Shown here piece after piece: positions 20,886 to 28,488 of a DNA stretch of 64,000 nucleotides. Under the pieces are notes generated by a model, which was not told where the DNA came from, searched no databases, and was given only the letters and a program-made list of their open reading frames with translations. The stretch lies in contig CAMTOK010000002.1 in the NCBI GenBank assembly GCA_947074115.1, forward strand, positions 21,946 through 85,945, read 5' to 3'. Every line of letters begins with the position of its first letter. The stretch's first letter is position 1. The position numbers and the translations under genes are program-made. Source of the DNA: an uncultured Erysipelotrichaceae bacterium (GTDB lineage Bacteria > Bacillota_I > Bacilli_A > Erysipelotrichales > Coprobacillaceae).

Positions 20886-20915
20886 AAAGACTCCAAGTGA
20901 GTCTTTATTTATTTT
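20886..20915 (+). terminator. Rho-independent terminator
   Basis: AAAGACTC-caagt-GAGTCTTT followed by ATTTATTTT. Confidence 0.8.
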
Positions 20916-20964
20916 CTGTTCACAAATAGCCATTAAAATGAATTATAATGTAGTGAATAAAAAA

Positions 20965-20978
20965 ATATGGTATACTAT
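20965..20978 (+). promoter_or_regulatory. Extended -10 promoter (TGgTATACT) with a short leader
   Basis: ATATGGTATACTAT is identical to 46260-46273. RBS AAAGGAGG follows about 5 nt later. Confidence 0.55.
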
Positions 20979-20996
20979 TTCAAAAGGAGGTAACTC

Positions 20997-22469
20997 ATGA
21001 AAAAGTTATTACTACTCGCATGTATGTGTATGGTCCTCGTTGGCTGTTCCTCTTCAAGTGTTAGCGAAGGTTTTATGTTAACACGTGATGATGATTACTA
21101 TGCTCTTTATAATCGTAGAGGGAAAAGAATAACCGGATACGAATACAAAACATTTATTGAATTAATAGGAACAGGCTTTGTTGTATCAAATAGAACTGAT
21201 AAAGTTGCTTTAATAGATTATGATGGTGAGCCAATTATTGATTATGGTAAATATGATAAGTTAGAAATTGTTGATGAAATGTTATATGCAACAATCATAG
21301 AAGATATTGATGAAGATGATCAAGAAAGTGAACCAGTTGAGCACTTATACATACTTGATCATAGTGGAGATACTCTCTTCCAACCTTCTGAAGATATTGA
21401 AATAGTTAAAGATATCTTGCCTATTATTAAAGAAGGTGAGACTTCTAAAGTACTTTATGGTAATGGCGAAATGTTAATAGAAACTGATCAAACAATAGAG
21501 TACCTTTCAGTTGAAGAAGAGTACAATAGTTGTATTGTTGGTTTTGAAGATCATATGTCATTCTTCTATTCACTTAAATCAACACCGGTGGAAGTCGTAG
21601 TGGATACACAAGGTGAAGATTATGTTATCCTTGGTGAAAACACTTTAGTAGGTGCAGCGCTCTATGATTCAAGTAATTGGAGAATGTATTTTATAGATTA
21701 CACAACAAATTCATATGACCTTCAAAGTGTTAATGCGACTGATGTTAATATAACACTTGAAGGTAAGGCAATATTTACTTCATCTATTGGTGATTATGTT
21801 TATACATTTGGTAAAAAACCTGTCCTTGTGAATAGTTACTATGTTGATGATCGTAACTATATCTTAAGATCAGATGATATATATGGACCACACTATGTTT
21901 ATTATAACGGCGACTTGGTAGGACAATTAGAAGATTGTCAGTTATACCCAATGGCAGTAAAAATAACATCAAATTATTACCCAATTTATAGACGTGGTGA
22001 AGGATATTACTATTATGATTTTGAAGGTAATCAAGTCATTGAAACAAGTTATCAAGAGGCAGAGCCATTTGATTCAAATTCAAGAGCTATAGTCAAAGAT
22101 GAAACAGGTGCCTATACACTTATAGATGAAAAAGGGAATGCTGTTTTAACAGAGGGATATTCTAAAATAGAATATCTTGAAATGGAATTATATGCTGTGT
22201 ATAACGATATAGGTGCCTTTATGATCGTGAATAAAGATGGTCAAGAGGTATTACCAATGGGTTATACAGGTAAAGGTAACCAAGCTATTGTCAGATATGC
22301 TGATTATGTCTTCTTAATATTAGAGAAAAATGGACGCTCTTATGTTTATGATTATAAAGATAAATATAACGTCGTTTTATCAGCAGAAGGCAAATTAGAA
22401 ATGAATGAAAAAGGCTATTTTTCAGTCAAGAAAACGTATTACACTTTAGAAGGGGATATTATTAATTAG
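20997..22469 (+). CDS. Lipoprotein with degenerate WG-type (KWG-like) repeats
   Basis: Lipobox LVGCSS. Repeated ~40-aa units of the pattern Y..a.pF....rAiV.d..g.y.LID..G..v....Y (for example YQEAEPFDSNSRAIVKDETGAYTLIDEKGNAVL). Confidence 0.5.
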   Translation: MKKLLLLACMCMVLVGCSSSSVSEGFMLTRDDDYYALYNRRGKRITGYEYKTFIELIGTGFVVSNRTDKVALIDYDGEPIIDYGKYDKLEIVDEMLYATIIEDIDEDDQESEPVEHLYILDHSGDTLFQPSEDIEIVKDILPIIKEGETSKVLYGNGEMLIETDQTIEYLSVEEEYNSCIVGFEDHMSFFYSLKSTPVEVVVDTQGEDYVILGENTLVGAALYDSSNWRMYFIDYTTNSYDLQSVNATDVNITLEGKAIFTSSIGDYVYTFGKKPVLVNSYYVDDRNYILRSDDIYGPHYVYYNGDLVGQLEDCQLYPMAVKITSNYYPIYRRGEGYYYYDFEGNQVIETSYQEAEPFDSNSRAIVKDETGAYTLIDEKGNAVLTEGYSKIEYLEMELYAVYNDIGAFMIVNKDGQEVLPMGYTGKGNQAIVRYADYVFLILEKNGRSYVYDYKDKYNVVLSAEGKLEMNEKGYFSVKKTYYTLEGDIIN

Positions 22470-22478
22470 GAGAATAAA

Positions 22479-23579
22479 ATGGAATATTTAGTTACAATTT
22501 TACTAACGTTTATTGGTTTATTGATGTTAATGCAAATGATTATGTTTGAAATCACTTATAATAGAGTTAAGAAAACAAATCAGATTAACTGGTATACAAC
22601 ACTTACAAAACCTTTTGCTTATACGCGTGTGAGATACATGATGTTTATATGTGGATTCTGTTATTTATTATCAAGTCCATTCCCAATGTTCTCAATGAGT
22701 TGGATCTTATATCTTGTCTTATTCATCGCTATGGGTGTTGTCAGCGATGCTGTTGTACAATATTTAATTTTAAAATATGGACAACTTCGTTGTAAAAATG
22801 AAATTGCAAACGCAACACAATTAAGTGGAGAATTTAAAACAGCGTTAGATAACGCAGTTATTGAAGACACTTATGTAGAAAGTCCGAAAGAATATAATGA
22901 GATAGAAATTGCTCATAAATATATTAATCAAAATGATCATATGTCATTTTTAACTGTTGATGGTGGAAATTTTGTTAAAGAATTTGGAGAATTACCAGAT
23001 ACGACATTTGTAGTGGAACCATATGGTGATATTGAAAAGATAGAAGAAGAATTATCAGAATTACCTGTAAAGGTAACAAAATTAACAGAATCAGGACAAA
23101 TGCCATTTAAAGATAGTAAAATGGATTCTATCGTATGCCAAATCTGTAATTATGATAAATTTGAAATAGTAAGAGTTTTAAAAGATCGTGGATATTTTAT
23201 CGTTAATCAAAATGGCACAGCGAACTTCAAAGAATTTATGAGCATTTATATGCCTTATGGAATGAAGGGGAAATGGGATGCTGATTATTGTGAATTAACA
23301 TTACAAGATTTTGATATGGAAATTGTAGAAAAAGTTGAAGAACATGGGACAGTAACAGTTAAGTCTGTAGGAGAAATGATTGCTTACTTTAACAAAGTTT
23401 CACCTGATTTAAGCGATACTGAAAAATATAATACATTCTACTTAAAGGTGTATCAAGATATTAAGGAACATGGAACATTTACGTTATCAACATATAGATT
23501 CTTAGTTGTTGGTAAAAATTCAAAAGTTGAAGAAGTTCCTAATGATGAAGTTTATGAATTAGAAGAGCCACAATATTAA
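22479..23579 (+). CDS. Membrane-anchored protein with a class I methyltransferase-like C-terminal domain (degenerate SAM loop)
   Basis: Three N-terminal TM helices. FLTVDGGNF stands in place of the VLDxGCGTG motif I. Also MPFKDSKMDSIVC (LPF.D..FD.V-like) and IVRVLKDRGYFIV (RVLKPGG-like). 9-nt gap after the lipoprotein gene. Confidence 0.45.
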   Translation: MEYLVTILLTFIGLLMLMQMIMFEITYNRVKKTNQINWYTTLTKPFAYTRVRYMMFICGFCYLLSSPFPMFSMSWILYLVLFIAMGVVSDAVVQYLILKYGQLRCKNEIANATQLSGEFKTALDNAVIEDTYVESPKEYNEIEIAHKYINQNDHMSFLTVDGGNFVKEFGELPDTTFVVEPYGDIEKIEEELSELPVKVTKLTESGQMPFKDSKMDSIVCQICNYDKFEIVRVLKDRGYFIVNQNGTANFKEFMSIYMPYGMKGKWDADYCELTLQDFDMEIVEKVEEHGTVTVKSVGEMIAYFNKVSPDLSDTEKYNTFYLKVYQDIKEHGTFTLSTYRFLVVGKNSKVEEVPNDEVYELEEPQY

Positions 23580-23591
23580 GGCTCTTTTTTC
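23564..23591 (+). terminator. Rho-independent terminator
   Basis: AGAGCC-acaatattaa-GGCTCT followed by TTTTTC. Confidence 0.65.
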
Positions 23592-23644
23592 TTTATTTAT
23601 TTATATAAATCGTATACAATGATACTAATTTCATATACATATTT

Positions 23645-23782
23645 AATGGTTGCTATGCATTAATAAGGAATGAGGTGAAAACCCTCAACGGTCCCGCCGC
23701 CGTAAAAACGAGCAAAGATAAGACCACTGGGAAACTGGGAAGGTATCTACGCATTGAAGTTGAGTCGGAAGACTTGCCATTA
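23645..23782 (+). promoter_or_regulatory. Cobalamin (B12) riboswitch aptamer
   Basis: P1 AATGGT...GCCATT. Conserved core AAGGAATGAGGTGAAAACCC..CGGTCCCGCCGCCGTAA, B12-box-like AGACCACTGGGAA..GGGAAGG and 3' element AGTCGGAAGACTTGCC. A T tract (23832-23838) follows before the RBS. Confidence 0.8.
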
Positions 23783-23868
23783 TCTGAGGATATACTTTAC
23801 GGAGAATAAAGTCGTTCTATGAATGTTATATCTTTTTTGTATTGAAAGAATATAAGGAGGAGAAAGAA

Positions 23869-24258
23869 ATGAAAAAGAATCAAAAGTTATTAGGTTTATT
23901 ATTAGCATTAGTTTTAGTATTTGGAGCAATTGGAATTTATTTTGGTACAAAACCACAAGAAGGTGTTAAAAGCATCGTATTAGAAGTTGTATCAGTAAGA
24001 GATGACGTTGAAACAAGTGATAAAGTAAAAACTGATAAAGAATATTTAGGTGAACTATTAATTGAAAAAGATATGGTCACATACGATGAAAGTCAATATG
24101 GTATGTATATTAGAGGAATTAATGGTTTAATGGATGATAGTGATAACCAATACTGGTGGTGTATCTTAGTTGATGGTGAATCAGCTGTTAACGGTGCAGA
24201 TACATTAATTCTAGAAGATGGAAAAACTTATACATTAGAATTAAAACAAGGTTGGTAA
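23869..24258 (+). CDS. N-terminally anchored extracytoplasmic DUF4430-like (transcobalamin-like) protein
   Basis: AAGGAGGAG RBS before ATG 23869. One TM helix (LLGLLLALVLVFGAIGIYF). C-terminal pattern QYWWCILVDGESAVNGADTLILEDGKTYTLE resembles the DUF4430 W.y.vNG...ga....l.dGD signature. Confidence 0.6.
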   Translation: MKKNQKLLGLLLALVLVFGAIGIYFGTKPQEGVKSIVLEVVSVRDDVETSDKVKTDKEYLGELLIEKDMVTYDESQYGMYIRGINGLMDDSDNQYWWCILVDGESAVNGADTLILEDGKTYTLELKQGW

Positions 24259-24259
24259 A

Positions 24260-24757
24260 ATGAAAACAAAAAGACTTATAAGGATTGCATTTTTGGGTAT
24301 GATTCTCTATGTAGGACAAGTTGCTTTAAGCGTTGTGCCAAATATAGAGGTTGTCTCACTATTCATATTAATCATGACTTTGGTCTTTAAAAAGGATACT
24401 CTGTATGCAATATTCATATTTGTTATGCTAGAAGGCTTACATTATGGATTTGGATTATGGTGGTGGAGTTATTTATATGTCTGGCCGACACTATACTTTA
24501 TTGTGAGAGGGTGTTCGCATATTCTAGATCATAATGATCGATTGGGATGGTCTGTCATCTTAGGTATTTATGGTCTAATATTCGGTGCGCTTTTCGCTAT
24601 TGTGTATATTCCAGTGTCATTTGAATACGCTATGTCTTATTTTATAGCTGGTATATTTTTTGACATTGTTCACGCAATAGGCAATTGTGTCTTATGTTAT
24701 TTACTATTTTCACCGTTGAAAAAGACTTTAGAGCTCGTAAATAGAAAATATTTATGA
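24260..24757 (+). CDS. Small polytopic membrane protein, putative ECF-type S component (corrinoid-related by riboswitch context)
   Basis: 165 aa, about 5-6 TM helices, 1-nt gap after the DUF4430-like gene. The size and hydrophobicity pattern fit S components. No family search was run. Confidence 0.45.
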   Translation: MKTKRLIRIAFLGMILYVGQVALSVVPNIEVVSLFILIMTLVFKKDTLYAIFIFVMLEGLHYGFGLWWWSYLYVWPTLYFIVRGCSHILDHNDRLGWSVILGIYGLIFGALFAIVYIPVSFEYAMSYFIAGIFFDIVHAIGNCVLCYLLFSPLKKTLELVNRKYL

Positions 24758-24783
24758 AAGCGATTAACAATTTTATGAAAGCG
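24751..24783 (+). repeat. Direct repeat TTTATGAAAGCG x2 (21-nt phase) upstream of ptsH
   Basis: Copies at 24751-24762 and 24772-24783. Each contains TGAAAGCG, the left half of a cre-type CcpA operator. Confidence 0.5.
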
Positions 24784-24825
24784 TATTAAAAATTTCATTA
24801 AAATTATGGAAAAGTATTTATAATG

Positions 24826-24834
24826 TGGTATAAT
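24826..24834 (+). promoter_or_regulatory. Extended -10 promoter element of ptsH
   Basis: TGgTATAAT, 29 nt upstream of ATG 24863. Confidence 0.6.
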
Positions 24835-24862
24835 AGTACTATATTTCAAGGAGGAGTCTATA

Positions 24863-25132
24863 ATGGCAGAAAAATTATCTTTCGTAGTTTCAGATCCTGT
24901 TGGATTACATGCAAGACCTGCAACTATCTTAGTAAACCAAGCTAGTAAATTCACTAGTGATATCAAATTAAGTTACAACGGTAAAGAAGTTAACTTAAAA
25001 TCAATTATGGGTGTAATGTCTTTAGGTGTACCAACAAAAGCAACTGTAGAAATCATTGCTGAAGGTGAAGATGAAAAAGACGTTATTGCTTCAATCGCTA
25101 AAGTTATTAAAGAACAAAAAGTAGCTGAATAA
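24863..25132 (+). CDS. ptsH: Phosphocarrier protein HPr
   Basis: GLHARPA (His15 site) and KSIMGVMSLG (Ser46 site). 89 aa. Confidence 0.95.
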   Translation: MAEKLSFVVSDPVGLHARPATILVNQASKFTSDIKLSYNGKEVNLKSIMGVMSLGVPTKATVEIIAEGEDEKDVIASIAKVIKEQKVAE

Positions 25133-25140
25133 TAACAAAC

Positions 25141-25168
25141 AAAAGAGAATGAAAATTCTCTTTTTTTA
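25141..25168 (+). terminator. Rho-independent terminator of ptsH
   Basis: AAAGAGAAT-gaaa-ATTCTCTTT followed by TTTTT. Confidence 0.88.
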
Positions 25169-25227
25169 TTTACTCCTAAATACACATATGATAATATGTA
25201 TTTAGATATTTAGACAAATGTCTAAAT
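25169..25227 (+). promoter_or_regulatory. Promoter with two operator-like inverted repeats for the ArsR/SdpR operon
   Basis: TTTACT (25169-25174), 17 nt, TAATAT (25192-25197). IR1 CTAAATACA-N12-TGTATTTAG spans 25176-25205. IR2 ATTTAGACA-aa-TGTCTAAAT spans 25208-25227 and abuts the RBS. Confidence 0.6.
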
Positions 25228-25239
25228 AAGGAGGTGTAT

Positions 25240-25524
25240 ATGGGCGGAGATATTTTTAAAGCTTTGGGTGATCCTACGCGGAGAAAAATATTAGAATTGT
25301 TAAGAAAAAATCCGCTGACTGCTGGTGAAATAGCTGATTGTTTTGATATTAGTAAACCTTCAATCTCACATCATTTAAGTATTTTAAAAAATGCAGGTTT
25401 AATATTTGATGAGAGAGATGGACAGAGTATTATTTACTCAATCAATATGACAGTATTTCAGGAAGTGATGAGTTGGGTTGTTAACTTTTGTGTAGGAGAT
25501 GAACAAAGTGAAAAGAAAATTTGA
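25240..25524 (+). CDS. ArsR/SdpR-family transcriptional repressor
   Basis: FKALGDPTRRKILELL...AGEIA..F.ISKPSISHHL..LK.AGLI winged-HTH signature. AAGGAGG RBS lies 5 nt before ATG 25240. Confidence 0.88.
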   Translation: MGGDIFKALGDPTRRKILELLRKNPLTAGEIADCFDISKPSISHHLSILKNAGLIFDERDGQSIIYSINMTVFQEVMSWVVNFCVGDEQSEKKI

Positions 25525-26137
25525 GATATTTTTGTGGATATATACGTTTATATCTATTGGATTTGTTTTCTTGTTACCTGAAACAATTCCAATCCATTTC
25601 AATATAAATTGGGAACCAGATTCATACGGTAGTCGTTACATTATGATCTTGTTTAGTCTGTTTCCGATAATCATGTTTTATGGAATGGATTTATTAAAGA
25701 AAGTCGATCCAAAACGTACAAGTGTTGAAAAGAAAGTTAAAGATTATAACAATATGAAATATATTGTATGCATGTTCTTTGTACTCATTACTGTTGTTTA
25801 TTATTGGATTATTTTCTCGGGTGGTAACAATAGTGCATTTATCTTTAATATTATGTTTGGTGGCTTTATGATTCTTATTGGGAATTATATGCCACGTCTT
25901 CCAGAAAGCTTTTTTATGGGAGTTAGAACACCATGGACACTAAGTGATAAAGTCGTGTGGGAAAAAACACATCGCTTAAGTGGATTCTTATTTGTATTAT
26001 TTGGTATTCTATTTATAGTCTTAGGTTTGATAGCAGAAGAGAGTCTTTATGTATTTTTATTTGTTGGCTTACTCTTTATTGTCGTCTTGCCGTATATATA
26101 TTCTTATATCATTTATAAAAAACAAGGGGGAAGGTAG
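25499..26137 (+). CDS. SdpI/YhfL-family immunity-type membrane protein (DUF1648 + SdpI domains)
   Basis: PETIPIHFN..WEPD..GSRY (DUF1648) and GVRTPWTLSDKVVWEKTHRLSG (SdpI motif). Overlaps the repressor gene. Alternative GTG start at 25508. Confidence 0.8.
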   Translation: MNKVKRKFEIFLWIYTFISIGFVFLLPETIPIHFNINWEPDSYGSRYIMILFSLFPIIMFYGMDLLKKVDPKRTSVEKKVKDYNNMKYIVCMFFVLITVVYYWIIFSGGNNSAFIFNIMFGGFMILIGNYMPRLPESFFMGVRTPWTLSDKVVWEKTHRLSGFLFVLFGILFIVLGLIAEESLYVFLFVGLLFIVVLPYIYSYIIYKKQGGR

Positions 26138-26138
26138 T

Positions 26139-26852
26139 ATGTTAAAAATTCAAAACTACACAAAAAGTTATGGAGATTTTAAAGCAGTAGATAATTTATC
26201 AATAAATGTTGAAAAGGGAAAAATCTATGGTTTTATCGGTCATAATGGTGCTGGTAAAACAACAACGCTTAAAGCTATTTCGGGTATTTTGCAATATGAT
26301 GAAGGAGAAATTATTATTGATGGAATGGACTTAAAAAGTCATCCAATGGAATGTAAAAAGATTATGGCATACATTCCAGATAATCCTGACTTATATGAGT
26401 ATCTGTCAGGGATACAATATTTAAACTTTATTGCTGATGTCTTTGAAGTGCCTCAAGATGTAAGAGAAGAGCGTATTAAAAGATATGGCGATTTATTAGA
26501 ATTAACTGGTGACTTTGCACAACCAATCAGTGCTTATTCACATGGTATGAAACAGAAACTGGCTATTATATCAGCGTTTATTCATGATCCTCAATTGATT
26601 ATTATGGATGAACCATTTGTTGGATTAGATCCAAAAGCATCACATATCTTAAAAACATTAATGAGAGATTTTTGTAATGAAGGAAAAGCAATCTTCTTCT
26701 CAACTCATGTATTAGAAGTTGCAGAAAAATTATGTGATGAAATAGCGATTATTAAAAAAGGTAAACTTGTTGTGTGTGGACCGACACAAGAAGTCATTGG
26801 AAACGATACATTAGAAGATGTCTTCTTAGATTTGGTGGATGACAATGCTTAG
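26139..26852 (+). CDS. ABC transporter ATP-binding protein
   Basis: Walker A GHNGAGKTT, signature-like YSHGMKQK, Walker B LIIMDEP. ATG 26139 follows the SdpI-like stop by 1 nt, so the upstream extension in the ORF track is unlikely. Confidence 0.88.
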   Translation: MLKIQNYTKSYGDFKAVDNLSINVEKGKIYGFIGHNGAGKTTTLKAISGILQYDEGEIIIDGMDLKSHPMECKKIMAYIPDNPDLYEYLSGIQYLNFIADVFEVPQDVREERIKRYGDLLELTGDFAQPISAYSHGMKQKLAIISAFIHDPQLIIMDEPFVGLDPKASHILKTLMRDFCNEGKAIFFSTHVLEVAEKLCDEIAIIKKGKLVVCGPTQEVIGNDTLEDVFLDLVDDNA

Positions 26853-28452
26853 AACCTTAGTTGCTATTCGTTTAAAAGGTCTATTTTCAAGAATGGTGAG
26901 AGGAACTAAAGAAGGGAAGAAAAGTGGGAATGGAAAAAAGATTCTCATGGGATTTCTGATCTTCTACGTGGCTATTGTCTTCTTAGGGATGTCAACTGCA
27001 TTTTTTAATATGATAGTTGAACCTTATGTAGAATTAGGCTTAGGATGGCTCTATTTCGCAATGATGGCCATATTTATCATTACAATCAGTTTTATTGGGA
27101 GTGTATTCATTGCACAACAAGAATTATATGATGCAAAAGACAATGATTTACTACTTGCATTACCACTAAAACCAAGAGATATATTATTAAGCCGTGTGTT
27201 TGTTATTTTAATTTTTAACTATTTATACGAAGCGATGATCGCTATACCAGCAGTAGGTGTATATGTATTTAAATACAGTATGACAATCTCACAAGCCATT
27301 ATATTATTAATTGTCTTAATCACATTACCTTTGGTCGTTCTTATTCTTTCATGTTTATTTGGATGGATACTTGCAAATATCATGAAACGTGTGAGATATA
27401 AGAATTTTATAGCATTAGGATTCTCTGTATTATTCTTTGGACTTTATATGGTTGCAGTTAATCAAATAGGTGATTATATAAATATTCTTATTAATAATGG
27501 GAATTCTTTAGCAGCAGCTATAGAAAAGGGACTCTTCCCAATTTATCATATGGCAGTTGCGATAAGTGATGGAAACTTCTTAAACTTAGGTTTATATTTA
27601 CTATCAGTGATCATTCCGTTTATATTAGTGATTTATGTGTTATCTATGAACTTTATTAAAGTTTTAACATTGGAACAAAAAACAAAGAAAATAGAATATA
27701 AACACAAACCAATGAAATCAAAATCAATATTCTGGTCTTTAGTTGTGAGAGAAATTAAACACTTTACGTCAAGTGCTATGGTTATGATGAATGGTTCTAT
27801 GGGTGTTGTCTTTTATTTGATTTCTGCAGTCGCTATATTTATTTATATGGACAATGTCAATGTATTATTAGAAGTGGTATCAACTGAAATTCCGTTTTTA
27901 CTTGAATATATTGCCCCAGTAGCCGCATTTGCTATTTGTGCTATGGGATCAATGAATTTAATGTCTTGTACTTTAATTTCATTAGAAGGTGATAGATTAT
28001 GGATTATTAAGCATTTACCAATTGATCCTAAAGATGTCATCATGTCAAAAGTCATGTTACACTTAATTATGTCTATACCAGGTTCTATTGTGCTCTCTTG
28101 CATTGTTAGTTTTGTATTAAATCTTTCTTTATTAGATGCAGGACTTGTTATTATTGCACCAATCGTATTTAACGCTGTTATAGGTTTGTTTGGTATGGTT
28201 ATTAACCTTCTATACCCTAAATTTGATTGGATCAATGAAACGGCTTGTGTTAAACAAAGTATGTCAGTCATAATCACAATGTTCTCATCTATGGCATTTG
28301 TGTTCGTGTTAGGATTTGTAGGATTCCACGCAGTAAAAGTGATGTCATTAAATCAATTTGCATATATTGTTGTTGCCTTATTTATTCTTATGGCATATGG
28401 TTTTTACTGGTTACTCACAACTTGGGGAGTGAAAGTCTATAATGAATTATAA
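26845..28452 (+). CDS. Large polytopic ABC exporter permease (putative ABC-exporter family)
   Basis: About 12 predicted TM helices and no soluble domain. The start overlaps the ATPase stop. GGTGG RBS lies 6 nt before ATG 26845 (ATG 26839 also possible). Confidence 0.65.
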   Translation: MLRTLVAIRLKGLFSRMVRGTKEGKKSGNGKKILMGFLIFYVAIVFLGMSTAFFNMIVEPYVELGLGWLYFAMMAIFIITISFIGSVFIAQQELYDAKDNDLLLALPLKPRDILLSRVFVILIFNYLYEAMIAIPAVGVYVFKYSMTISQAIILLIVLITLPLVVLILSCLFGWILANIMKRVRYKNFIALGFSVLFFGLYMVAVNQIGDYINILINNGNSLAAAIEKGLFPIYHMAVAISDGNFLNLGLYLLSVIIPFILVIYVLSMNFIKVLTLEQKTKKIEYKHKPMKSKSIFWSLVVREIKHFTSSAMVMMNGSMGVVFYLISAVAIFIYMDNVNVLLEVVSTEIPFLLEYIAPVAAFAICAMGSMNLMSCTLISLEGDRLWIIKHLPIDPKDVIMSKVMLHLIMSIPGSIVLSCIVSFVLNLSLLDAGLVIIAPIVFNAVIGLFGMVINLLYPKFDWINETACVKQSMSVIITMFSSMAFVFVLGFVGFHAVKVMSLNQFAYIVVALFILMAYGFYWLLTTWGVKVYNEL

Positions 28453-28482
28453 AAAGAGTTAAATCATTTGATTTAACTCTTT
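28453..28482. terminator. Bidirectional terminator between the ABC permease and the convergent histidine kinase
   Basis: AAAGAGTTAAATCA-tt-TGATTTAACTCTTT, a 14-bp stem flanked by A and T runs. Confidence 0.88.
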
Positions 28483-28488
28483 TCTTCT

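Noticed and set aside
26049-26138. N-terminal extensions proposed by the ORF track at 26049, 33862, 45255, 48635, 56476, 58564, 60994, 62079, 43687, 54569, 63205 and 37977.
   Set aside because: In each case an internal ATG is preceded at 5-8 nt by a strong Shine-Dalgarno sequence and yields the family-typical N terminus. The extension overlaps the upstream gene or the RBS itself.
27843-28277. 144-aa antisense ORF inside the ABC permease gene. Similar 60-120-aa antisense or out-of-frame ORFs occur in the track at 2547-2738, 5620-5919, 7192-7446, 9231-9515, 13162-13374, 13600-13965, 36607-36804, 39240-39488, 53218-53454 and elsewhere.
   Set aside because: All lie wholly within longer ORFs that have clear family motifs. 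They lack RBS sequences and have low-complexity or odd composition. They are shadow ORFs typical of AT-rich genomes.
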